Virus record (IMG/VR): IMGVR_UViG_3300041405_000195
Location: 1 to 35,892 of that record
Reading direction: 5' to 3' (one strand)
From: a virus
DNA length: 35,892 nt
In this document: positions 1 to 7,446 of the stretch, in pieces
How the letters are laid out: the number at the start of each line of letters is the position of its first letter
Numbering within the stretch: position 1 is the first letter of the stretch
The notes under the pieces: generated by a model
What the model was told of the DNA's origin: nothing
The model's input: the letters and a program-made list of their open reading frames with translations, nothing else
Databases searched by the model: none
Made by a program: the position numbers and the translations under genes

Positions 1-27
1 ATGGTGCGGACGGAGAGACTCGAACTC
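1..27. repeat. att core, left copy: displaced 3'-end fragment of a tRNA gene (tRNA sense is minus strand)
   Basis: Identical to 35866-35892. The reverse complement reads GAGTTCGAGTCTCTCCGTCCGCACCA, i.e. T-loop, T-stem 3' half, acceptor 3' strand, discriminator A and CCA. Bases from 28 onward cannot complete the T-stem, so this copy is only a fragment. Confidence 0.85.
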
Positions 28-99
28 AACACCAGCACCCCGGGCACGCCTGTAAGCCTGATTTACTGTGGCCAGCGCGATGCGCTAGAGCCTGTATTT

Positions 100-119
100 G
101 TTCCCAAGTCATTCCCAGT
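100..119 (+). promoter_or_regulatory. Two phased TTCCCA repeats (candidate integrase arm-type sites, left arm)
   Basis: The sequence is GTTCCCAAG (100-108) followed by ATTCCCAGT (111-119). TTCCCA starts are 11 nt apart. The same motif, orientation and phasing recur at 35792-35822. Confidence 0.5.
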
Positions 120-160
120 GAATGAAGGGGTGCGCACTGTATGAGCCCCGCCGCCACTGG

Positions 161-179
161 TCAACCGATTTTCGGTTGA
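161..179. repeat. Perfect 8-bp inverted repeat TCAACCGA-TTT-TCGGTTGA
   Basis: Read directly from the sequence. There is no T-run after it, so it is more likely a protein-binding palindrome than a terminator. Confidence 0.5.
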
Positions 180-187
180 GGCATCGG

Positions 188-470
188 AAAAAGGTAATTT
201 CGGTTAGGGGTCTTTGTAGACCGGCTGAAAGCCTTTAACTTCAAAGGTTTGGAATATGTATCTAAAGGTAATTAAATAGTAAGTGTTAGGTAATCCACTT
301 ACCTCTATCCATGGTTTTCAGCCCAACACCTACAGCCCTTTAAAATCAATGACTTACAGAAAAATTACCTTTCACCTAACTAAAAATCACCATCCAAGGT
401 AATCGCCACAGCCCAGTAAACACGGGGCCTTGAGCGTCATGCCGGCGTACTCAAAACCAAAATTACCCTT
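188..470. repeat. Array of about 7 AAGGTAAT(T/C) boxes in both orientations in an AT-rich non-coding arm
   Basis: Plus-orientation copies are at 191-199, 265-273, 287-295 (TAGGTAATC) and 396-404. Minus-orientation copies are at 299-304 (core only), 363-371 and 461-470 (one extra G). Confidence 0.75.
344..356 (+). promoter_or_regulatory. IHF consensus match (WATCAANNNNTTR)
   Basis: AATCAATGACTTA matches every specified consensus position. It is preceded by an A/T tract and sits in the middle of the box array. Confidence 0.45.
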
Positions 471-649
471 TTCCCTGCACCAAACTGAAAACGCTGCGCC
501 CGGCAAGACATCCAGAAGGCCGCAGAAACGACGCGCACTGCAGGGATCCGCAGGTATTTCCGCGATCAACCAACACGCCCGCAGCCACCGCCCAGGGCCG
601 CCTGCCGCCATCTGCAGGGGTGCAGACAATTCGACCTATTTAGCCCGCA

Positions 650-668
650 GGTGAGGTGGGGGGATGAC
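650..668. other. Candidate cos cohesive-end sequence
   Basis: GGTGAGGTGGGGGGATGAC matches the P2 19-nt cohesive end, as I recall it (GGCGAGGCGGGGAAAGCAC), at 13 of 19 positions. It lies about 280 nt beyond the portal stop, as in P2-like phages. Confidence 0.3.
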
Positions 669-814
669 GGCGCGCGCCAGGGGCTGGCCAGCCCTGCCGG
701 TCGGCAGCCGCCCTACGGTGGTGCGCAGCTGGTGCGTCGACCGCGTGACGATATAGGCAGCCGTTGCCGCCTGTCTAAATTGGCCCAAAACCCCAGTATT
801 TACTGGGCCGCAGC

Positions 815-835
815 GACTTTTAAGAGGACTTTTAA
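815..835 (+). repeat. Tandem 9-mer GACTTTTAA x2, 12-nt period
   Basis: The copies are at 815-823 and 827-835, between the candidate cos and the portal gene. They are a possible packaging (cosB-like) or bending element. Confidence 0.4.
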
Positions 836-906
836 AGCGCTACAAGGTAGGATGTGCTGGGGTTATTCCGCATGAGGCGACTGCAAACATCTAGTCGCGC
901 AGACAC

Positions 907-933
907 AAAAAAACCGCCTCGAGGCGGCTTTTT
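907..933. terminator. Bidirectional rho-independent terminator after the portal gene
   Basis: AAAAAAA-CCGCCTCGAGGCGG-C-TTTTT. On the minus strand the hairpin is followed by 7 T, directly after the portal stop at 947. Confidence 0.8.
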
Positions 934-946
934 GATGGGGCGGTGA

Positions 947-1972
947 CTATTTGCTGGTGGTGCCCAGCTCAAACGGTTTGAACCGCACTACCTCTTCGCC
1001 CACCCAGTCATTCAGCAGGGCCAGACGCGCCTGGATTGGCTCGAGTTCCAGGGTGGCCCACACCGCTGCCGCCTCCTGGGGCGAGCCGAAACCGCCCGCG
1101 TTCTTGGGCACGATGCCCATCAGTTGCGGGTACACGCGTAGCGCGGCCAGCACGTCCTCGAGCGTCTTGTCCTTGATCGAGTTGAATTCATCCTTCGCCG
1201 CCACCTCGCTCACCGGGATCAGCTGGATGCCGTCCTTCTTGCCGTTGGGCGCATAGACGAACAGGTTGCGGAAGTTGCCCGGCCCCTTCGAGCTCTTCAG
1301 CGCCGTGCGCAGGTCATCGATGTCATCCTCCTGCTGCGCGGCATCGGTCATGTACAGGATGAACCCGGCGTGACTGCCGTTCTCGAAGTAGCGTCGGCGG
1401 AACAGCGTGGCGGATTGATTGAGCAGCGCCGACTGGAGCGCACAGATCCACTCCGGTAGCCCGTAGATCTCCTGGTGTAGGTCCAGCTCGCGCAAATGGA
1501 AAACGCTGCCCTGCTCGAATTCGTGTTCATCCTTCCAGCCCTGCACCTGGAAGTAGCGCCCGTCCTTGCCCACCCGCATGTACTTGGCCAGCGTCGGTTT
1601 CAACGCCAGCGGCGAGCCCAGCACCGAGCGCCGCGTCTCGACATAGCCATTGCCCAGCGCCAGGTAGTCCTGGGCGTACTGGTCAAACGCCTCGCGGCTC
1701 AGCAGCTTGTGCGGGATAAAGGTCCTACTCAACTGGTTGCGCTTGAAGCGCAGGCCCGAGTCCAGGTGCACGCTGGCCTTCACCGAACGCGCCAGCCCAT
1801 CCATCGAGAGCGGCGGCTCATACCAGCGGCCGTTAAACCAGCACTCGAGATAATCGAAAATCTCATGGGCCGATAGCACCGACTCCGGCGCCCCGAATGT
1901 AAAGGCAGTCGCCCCCTGGTGAGAGCTAACCTGCGCGTCGGCAGCAACTGCCACCTGATTGCCTGTACTCAT
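947..1972 (-). CDS. Q: Portal protein (P2 gpQ-like)
   Basis: 341 aa, the size and position of P2 Q. It is immediately downstream of the large terminase on the minus strand, in the conserved Q-P arrangement. Confidence 0.9.
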   Translation of the reverse strand: MSTGNQVAVAADAQVSSHQGATAFTFGAPESVLSAHEIFDYLECWFNGRWYEPPLSMDGLARSVKASVHLDSGLRFKRNQLSRTFIPHKLLSREAFDQYAQDYLALGNGYVETRRSVLGSPLALKPTLAKYMRVGKDGRYFQVQGWKDEHEFEQGSVFHLRELDLHQEIYGLPEWICALQSALLNQSATLFRRRYFENGSHAGFILYMTDAAQQEDDIDDLRTALKSSKGPGNFRNLFVYAPNGKKDGIQLIPVSEVAAKDEFNSIKDKTLEDVLAALRVYPQLMGIVPKNAGGFGSPQEAAAVWATLELEPIQARLALLNDWVGEEVVRFKPFELGTTSK

Positions 1973-3733
1973 CTAAAAAATCTCCATCCGGCCGGTATTG
2001 GCAGCTGTCTGCCCTTCCAGCGGTTCGTGGTGTAGTGCGTGAAAGAGCGCCCAGGCCAGGTCGGCGTGGCCGGTGGTCTCGTTGCGCCCCGCGGTATAAG
2101 TGAACTGCCGTCCGCTGGCCGTGATCGTCTTTCGGATGGCCATCAGCGATTGCGCAAAGTCCGTCCAGCCGGCGTCGAATTCCAGCCGGCCCTTGTGGAT
2201 CACGTCGTGGGCTTTCAGCACTAGGCGAGTCTTCACCTCCGGCGAATAGCTGAACTTGGTCAGTCCGGGGAAAAACTGCTGCACCAGCTGCGCCACACCC
2301 GAGCCCATGCCCGTGGTATCGATGCCGATGTAGGTCACCCAGTAGCGCTGGCACACCTGGCGGATCGACTCGGCCTGCGCGGCGAAGTCCATGCCGCGGA
2401 ACTGATGCCGCTCGAGCACGCGGAACTTGCCCCCCGCCACCATCGGCGGCGCCACCACCACAAGGCCCGAACTGTCTCCGGTTTCGGCCGGGTCATAGCC
2501 CACCCACACCTGGCGATCGCCAAACGGCCGGGCCGCGAACGGCTTGAAGTCCTCGCCCCACTCCACCCAGCTATCGACCATGCACGGCTGCAGGGCCGAC
2601 AACGGAAAGATGCTCGCCCCGTCGTCGACGAACTGGCACATCAGCAGGTTCTGGAAGGCCTCGGCGTCGTACTCCTGGCGCAGCTCCTCGAGGTCGAACA
2701 GATCGCAGCCACGCTGCTCGGCGTCCAGGATCGTGACGATCTGCCGCCACACCTTGTCCTCGCACAGCCGGCCCTGCTGCAGCGAGTCGTGCGACACATC
2801 CAGGTTGATGCGCTGCGCCGCCGGCTTGCCCTTGTTGAAGCGCTCGCCAGTCCAGAACGTATAGGCCTCATGGGCCATGCTCGACGGCGTCGAAAAGTAG
2901 GTTCGGCGGTACTGCTTCTGCATCGCCATGCCGCTGGCGACCTTGTTCAGTTCCTTGAATTTGAACGTCCAGAAGAACTCGTCGAAGTAGAAATTGCCGT
3001 GGTAGCCCTGCGCCGTGCGCGCGTTGGTGCCAAGAAAATGCAGCTCGGCGCCGTTGGCCAGAATGATCGGATCGCCCGTCAGCTCAACGCCGCACACCTC
3101 GCGGGCGAAGCTCTGGATATAGGCCTTGAAGATATGCGCCTGATTTTTCGAGGCAGACAAAAATATCTGATTGCGCCCCGTCGCCAGCGCATCGAGCAAC
3201 GCCTCCCGGGCGAAGTAGTAAGTAGCGCCGATCTGCCGGCTTTTCAGGATCGCCCTGGTGCGCTGATTGCCCGCCCGGTACCAGTCCAGCTGATAGCCGA
3301 AACAACCATCGGTGAACGCCTCGGTCAGCTTCTCGACGTCCTCCTCGCTGAACTCGTTGCGCTTGGCCTTCTTCTTCGGCCCGGCGTTGCGCGCATCCAG
3401 CTTCGGGTTTAGTTCAGCCTCGGAACCACCGCCCTGGAAGCGCTCGATGCGCGCCTGGCGCTCGAGTTGGCGGTGCAGCAGGTCGATTTCCTTGAAGTCG
3501 CCGCCGGTCTTGCCGTCCTTCAGGATCAGCTGCACTAGGCGCGCCTCCAGCGCCCCGCCGATCCGCTCCACATTGTCCGCCCGGTCCCACTCGTCGCGGG
3601 CCTTCCAACTGTGGACGGTTTTTTCCTTCTCGCCCAGGTGCTCGGCAATTTCGGTGACGCGCCAGCCCGTCCAGTACAAAAACTTGGCCTGGCGACGGTT
3701 ATCACGAACGGGAATTTCAACGGCAGCATTCAT
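1973..3733 (-). CDS. P: Terminase large (ATPase) subunit (P2 gpP-like)
   Basis: The track ORF extends to 3958, but the MNAAVEIPVRDNRRQAKFLYWTGW... start at 3733 gives 586 aa, matching P2 P (about 590 aa). The N-terminal HTH-like region and terminase body are recognisable. Confidence 0.88.
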   Translation of the reverse strand: MNAAVEIPVRDNRRQAKFLYWTGWRVTEIAEHLGEKEKTVHSWKARDEWDRADNVERIGGALEARLVQLILKDGKTGGDFKEIDLLHRQLERQARIERFQGGGSEAELNPKLDARNAGPKKKAKRNEFSEEDVEKLTEAFTDGCFGYQLDWYRAGNQRTRAILKSRQIGATYYFAREALLDALATGRNQIFLSASKNQAHIFKAYIQSFAREVCGVELTGDPIILANGAELHFLGTNARTAQGYHGNFYFDEFFWTFKFKELNKVASGMAMQKQYRRTYFSTPSSMAHEAYTFWTGERFNKGKPAAQRINLDVSHDSLQQGRLCEDKVWRQIVTILDAEQRGCDLFDLEELRQEYDAEAFQNLLMCQFVDDGASIFPLSALQPCMVDSWVEWGEDFKPFAARPFGDRQVWVGYDPAETGDSSGLVVVAPPMVAGGKFRVLERHQFRGMDFAAQAESIRQVCQRYWVTYIGIDTTGMGSGVAQLVQQFFPGLTKFSYSPEVKTRLVLKAHDVIHKGRLEFDAGWTDFAQSLMAIRKTITASGRQFTYTAGRNETTGHADLAWALFHALHHEPLEGQTAANTGRMEIF

Positions 3734-3780
3734 GGCGCAGATGCTGCCTCTCGCGCGCGTGTCGTACCCGCCGCGCACGC

Positions 3781-3799
3781 TGTAAGGCCCCGCCCTACA
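3781..3799. promoter_or_regulatory. Dyad TGTA-N11-TACA (candidate Ogr-type late activator site, P/O divergent region)
   Basis: The sequence is TGTAaggccccgcccTACA. The same dyad with a C-rich 11-nt spacer occurs upstream of V and FI. Confidence 0.55.
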
Positions 3800-3888
3800 A
3801 CACCGCCTCGTTGCCCGTAACGTGCCAGCTCCCGAACATGCCCTCAACGCAACGGCAGCAAGCCGCCACCGCATCGAGGACAGCCCCA

Positions 3889-4740
3889 ATGGCCGCATCC
3901 GCAACCAAAGCCAAGAAATTCCGCTCCAAGTGGACCCGCATCGCCGTTGAAGGCGCAACCACCGACGGCCGTCAAATCGAGCGCAGCTGGATTGAGGACA
4001 TGGCCGTCCAATACAGTCAAAACACCTACGGCGCGCGCCTCAACTGCGAGCACATCAAAGGCTACTGGCCGGGTGGTGAGTTCGGTGCATATGGCGATGT
4101 TTTGGCGCTCAAGGCCGAGGAAGTCGAAATCGCCGGCACCAAGAAGTTGGCCCTGCTGGCTCAGATCGAACCCAACGACGCTCTGCTCGCTTTGAACAAA
4201 GCGGGGCAAAAGGTCTACACCTCGATTGAAGTGCAGCCCAAGTTCGCCGACACCGGCAAAGCCTATCTGGTCGGCTTGGCCATCACCGACAGCCCCGCCA
4301 GCCTAGGCACTGAAGCCCTGAGCTTTAGCGCCCAGCACGGCACCCTGGCCAGCCGCAAACAGGACAAAGACAACCTATTTACCGCAGCAGAAGAAACCAT
4401 CCTCGATTTCGAGGAGGTCACCGAGCAGCCCAACGCTTTTGCAGCCATCAAGGCCAAGCTCAGTGACCTCATCAACATGAGCAAGGACAAAGAAGGCAAG
4501 GACGCCACCAACTTCTCCGAAATGGGTGAAGCCCTGGAAAGCCTGGTAACCCTCGCCACCCAACAGGCCGAGAAAACCGACGCATCAGGCGTTGCCCTGG
4601 CGGCTCTACAGCAACAGTTCACCAGCCTGGACACCGAGCTGGCAGCGCTCAAAACCAAACTTGGCCAGACCGCAGACCACCGCCAGCAAACACGCCCACC
4701 CGCGACTGGCGGCGACGGCACCGTGCTGACTGCTTACTGA
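3889..4740 (+). CDS. O: Capsid scaffolding protein (P2 gpO-like)
   Basis: Starting at the ATG at 3889 (GAGGA 8 nt upstream) gives 283 aa, against 284 aa for P2 O. The N-terminus KKFRSKWTRIAVEGATTDGRQI resembles the P2 O N-terminus. Confidence 0.85.
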   Translation: MAASATKAKKFRSKWTRIAVEGATTDGRQIERSWIEDMAVQYSQNTYGARLNCEHIKGYWPGGEFGAYGDVLALKAEEVEIAGTKKLALLAQIEPNDALLALNKAGQKVYTSIEVQPKFADTGKAYLVGLAITDSPASLGTEALSFSAQHGTLASRKQDKDNLFTAAEETILDFEEVTEQPNAFAAIKAKLSDLINMSKDKEGKDATNFSEMGEALESLVTLATQQAEKTDASGVALAALQQQFTSLDTELAALKTKLGQTADHRQQTRPPATGGDGTVLTAY

Positions 4741-4785
4741 CCCCACGGCCCCACACCAAAAAACCTATTCACCGGAGAACACCCC

Positions 4786-5859
4786 ATGCGTAAAGAAACC
4801 CGCTTCGCCTTCGCTGCCCTGGCCGTGCAGATCGCCCTGCTCAATGGCGTGGCCAGCGCCCACGAAAAATTCAGCGTCGACCCGAGCATCCAGCAAAAGC
4901 TGGAAGTTGCGGTTCAGGAGTCCGATGGCTTCCTGAAACAAATCAACATCATTGGCGTCGACGAACAGTCCGGCGAAGCCCTGCTGCTGGGCGTCAATGG
5001 CCCAGTTGCCAGCCGTACCGACACCTCCGGGGGCACCCCGCGCAGCCCACAAAGCCGAAGCGCCCTGAGCAAAGATGCCTACACCTGCAAGCAAACCAAC
5101 TTCGACAGCTCGTTCCCCTACGCCCTGCTGGATGCCTGGGCCAAGTTCCCCGAATTCCAAGTCAAACTGAGCAACGCCATCATCCTGCGCCAGGCCCTGG
5201 ACCGCATCATGATCGGCTTCAACGGCACCAGTGCCGCCGCCACCACCAACCGCGCCACTTACCCACTGCTGCAAGACGTCAACATCGGCTGGCTGCAGAA
5301 GATCCGCACCGGCGCAGCCGACCGTGTGCTGGATGAAGTGGTAGAAGCCTCCGGCGTGGTCACCCTCGGCCCGCGCAAAGTCATCAAAGTGGCAGGCGTG
5401 GATACCGTGTTCGAGGGCGACTACGCCAGCCTCGACGGCCTGGTATTCGACGGTATTCAAATGCTCGACGCATGGCACCGCAGCCGCCCGGACCTGCGCG
5501 TGATGGTTTCGCGCAACCTGATGCATAGCAAACTGCTGGCCGCCGTGGAAAAGGGTGCCGACTCCAACCAGGAAGAAAACGCCGCGCAAGAAATCGTCAG
5601 CCGCGCCCGCCTGGGTGGCCTGCCAGTGGTCGACGCCCCGTTCTTCCCAGACAACACCGTGCTGATCACCACCCTCAGCAACCTGTCGATCTACTACCAG
5701 AACGGTGCCCGTCGCCGTCACCTGAAAGACGAGCCGGAACTTGACCGCATCGCCGACTACCAGTCCTCCAACGAAGCCTACGTCATCGAAGACTTCGGCC
5801 TGGTCGCCCTGATCGAGAACATCACCCCGGTCGCCTATCCAGAACCGACTGAAGCCTAA
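4786..5859 (+). CDS. N: Major capsid protein (P2 gpN-like)
   Basis: 357 aa, the same length as P2 N, in syntenic position. Confidence 0.9.
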   Translation: MRKETRFAFAALAVQIALLNGVASAHEKFSVDPSIQQKLEVAVQESDGFLKQINIIGVDEQSGEALLLGVNGPVASRTDTSGGTPRSPQSRSALSKDAYTCKQTNFDSSFPYALLDAWAKFPEFQVKLSNAIILRQALDRIMIGFNGTSAAATTNRATYPLLQDVNIGWLQKIRTGAADRVLDEVVEASGVVTLGPRKVIKVAGVDTVFEGDYASLDGLVFDGIQMLDAWHRSRPDLRVMVSRNLMHSKLLAAVEKGADSNQEENAAQEIVSRARLGGLPVVDAPFFPDNTVLITTLSNLSIYYQNGARRRHLKDEPELDRIADYQSSNEAYVIEDFGLVALIENITPVAYPEPTEA

Positions 5860-5870
5860 GAGGTGACCCC

Positions 5871-6587
5871 GTGTCCTTGACACCCGCCCAACGCAACCAA
5901 CTGCGCAAGCGCGCAGCCAAGGAGGCCGCCGCCACCGCGCCGGCCATCTCCATGGCCGGCGCTACCGCCTACGAGCAGCAACTCGCCCAGCTCCTGCAGG
6001 ATCGCCAGCGCCTTAAAAACGTGCAGTCTAACCAGGGCAAGGCCGAGCTCAAGGCACAACTGATCCCGGCCTACAAGCCCTACATCCAGGGCGTGTTGGC
6101 TGCCGGCAACGGAGCGCAGGACGAGGTGCTAACCACCCTGATGGTTTGGTGTATCGACGCGGGCCTGTACCTGGGTGCCCTGGAAATTGCCGGCTACGTG
6201 ATCAAGCACAACCTGCTCATGCCCGATCGTTTCGAGCGCAGCACCGGCACTCTCATCGCCGAGGAAATCGCCAACGCCGCACTCAAGGCGCAAAAGGCCG
6301 GCGAGAGCTTCCCGCTCTCCATCCTGGAGGACGCCGCAACCCTCACCGCCGAGCAGGACATGCCCGACCAAGCCCGCGCCAAGCTGCACCTGGCTCTCGG
6401 CAAGGCAAACGCCGAGAAAGCGCCCGATGAGCAGCTCACGTCTACGCACATTGGCTTTCTGGTGCTGGCCAAGGCGCACCTGGCCAAGGCCATCGACCTG
6501 CACAGCAACTGCGGCGGCAAAAAAGATCTGGAGCGCGTCGAGCGCCTCCTAAAAAAACACGCTGCGCCAGCACCGGCAGCTAACTGA
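5871..6587 (+). CDS. M: Terminase small/endonuclease subunit (P2 gpM-like)
   Basis: 238 aa with a GTG start, syntenic after N. Confidence 0.8.
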   Translation: MSLTPAQRNQLRKRAAKEAAATAPAISMAGATAYEQQLAQLLQDRQRLKNVQSNQGKAELKAQLIPAYKPYIQGVLAAGNGAQDEVLTTLMVWCIDAGLYLGALEIAGYVIKHNLLMPDRFERSTGTLIAEEIANAALKAQKAGESFPLSILEDAATLTAEQDMPDQARAKLHLALGKANAEKAPDEQLTSTHIGFLVLAKAHLAKAIDLHSNCGGKKDLERVERLLKKHAAPAPAAN

Positions 6588-6682
6588 GCGTCCCCACGCA
6601 CACGGCGGCTCGGGGCTGATCAACGGGTTTACTCCTTTTCCCAGTTGTGACGCCCCGACCACCGCCGTTTTAGGGCCAGACC

Positions 6683-6976
6683 ATGAACAGATTCACGGAC
6701 CTGCACATGTGCGACTTCACGCTCACCGAGCGCGACCAACTGCTGCAGTCGATCGCCGAGCAATATGTCCGTGAAACCGAGGCATACGACCGCACCGTCT
6801 GCACCGGGCCGATCCGCCACGGCGCAATAATCCCAGTGACCGGCCGCGAGCGTGCCCAGATCAATCGCAACGCCCAGGAGCTGATGACCAGCCTCTGCCA
6901 ACGTCATCCCCAGTTCACCCGCCGCGAGATTCTCAGCGCAGTGCACGACTTTGATCGGCGCGGGGCCAGACCATGA
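6683..6976 (+). CDS. Hypothetical 97-aa protein inserted between M and L
   Basis: Clean ORF whose stop overlaps the L start (ATGA). It is bracketed by 14-nt direct repeats GGGCCAGACCATGA at 6673-6686 and 6963-6976. P2 has no counterpart. Confidence 0.6.
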   Translation: MNRFTDLHMCDFTLTERDQLLQSIAEQYVRETEAYDRTVCTGPIRHGAIIPVTGRERAQINRNAQELMTSLCQRHPQFTRREILSAVHDFDRRGARP

Positions 6977-7446
6977 GCGGCTTCATCGCCTCCGGCGCCG
7001 TCCCCGCCGCAGCCGAGCCCCACCCGATCAGCAACGACGGCTGGTGGCCGGATCTCGACGGTGAAGCGGTACGCGCCGCCCTGCGCCTGGACAGCAGCAT
7101 CAGCGCCATCCGCCTCGAGGTCGCCCTGGTCAACGCCATCCTCAGCGTCAACCGCGAACTCGACGACTACCAGGTCGCCCAGTTGGCTCTCGGCCACGCC
7201 GACCTGGCCGCCGTTCCCGGCCCGCTGATCCAGAATCAATCGCGCCCGGTGCACCTGTACCTGCGCGCCGTCTACTGCACCGCCGGCGCCGAGCTGGCCG
7301 AGCGCTACCGCAGTTATGACTCCACCAACGCCGGCGACAAAAACGCCGACGAACTCACCCCTAGCATCGACGAATACCGCCGCGACGCCCGCTGGGCCAT
7401 GCGCGACCTGCTCGGTAGCCGCCGCACCACCGTGGAGCTCATCTGA
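6973..7446 (+). CDS. L: Head completion/stabilisation protein (P2 gpL-like)
   Basis: 157 aa, syntenic. Confidence 0.8.
   Translation: MSGFIASGAVPAAAEPHPISNDGWWPDLDGEAVRAALRLDSSISAIRLEVALVNAILSVNRELDDYQVAQLALGHADLAAVPGPLIQNQSRPVHLYLRAVYCTAGAELAERYRSYDSTNAGDKNADELTPSIDEYRRDARWAMRDLLGSRRTTVELI

Noticed and set aside
188-470. AAGGTAAT repeats considered as a degenerate CRISPR array or a tandem satellite.
   Set aside because: The repeat unit is only 8-11 nt, its orientation alternates, and its spacing is irregular (12 to about 75 nt). This is a binding-site array, not CRISPR.
387-875. Track ORFs 387-629 (-), 430-654 (+) and 651-875 (+) in the att/cos arm, considered as possible cargo at the position where phiCTX carries ctx.
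   Set aside because: They overlap one another, use TTG or GTG starts without an SD, have Arg/Pro/Ala-rich products, and run across the repeat array and the candidate cos. I treat the region as non-coding.
3734-3958. N-terminal extensions offered by the track for terminase (to 3958), scaffold (from 3811), the C92-like gene (from 7498), holin (from 8090), the R gene (from 10139), ogr (from 25202), primase (from 26696) and int (from 34556).
   Set aside because: The extensions overlap neighbouring genes or promoters and are Arg/Pro-rich. Internal starts give lengths and N-termini matching the P2 counterparts and have better RBS spacing.
4765-5883. 372-aa minus-strand ORF opposite the major capsid gene. 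Similar long antisense ORFs occur at 10163-10858, 15990-17009, 17993-18715, 26693-28330, 31127-32563 and 32563-34275.
   Set aside because: Each lies antisense to a gene with clear homology-type signatures. Their products are low-complexity and rich in Gly, Ala, Val, Asp and Arg, as is typical of shadow frames in high-GC DNA. They have no RBS and no synteny logic.
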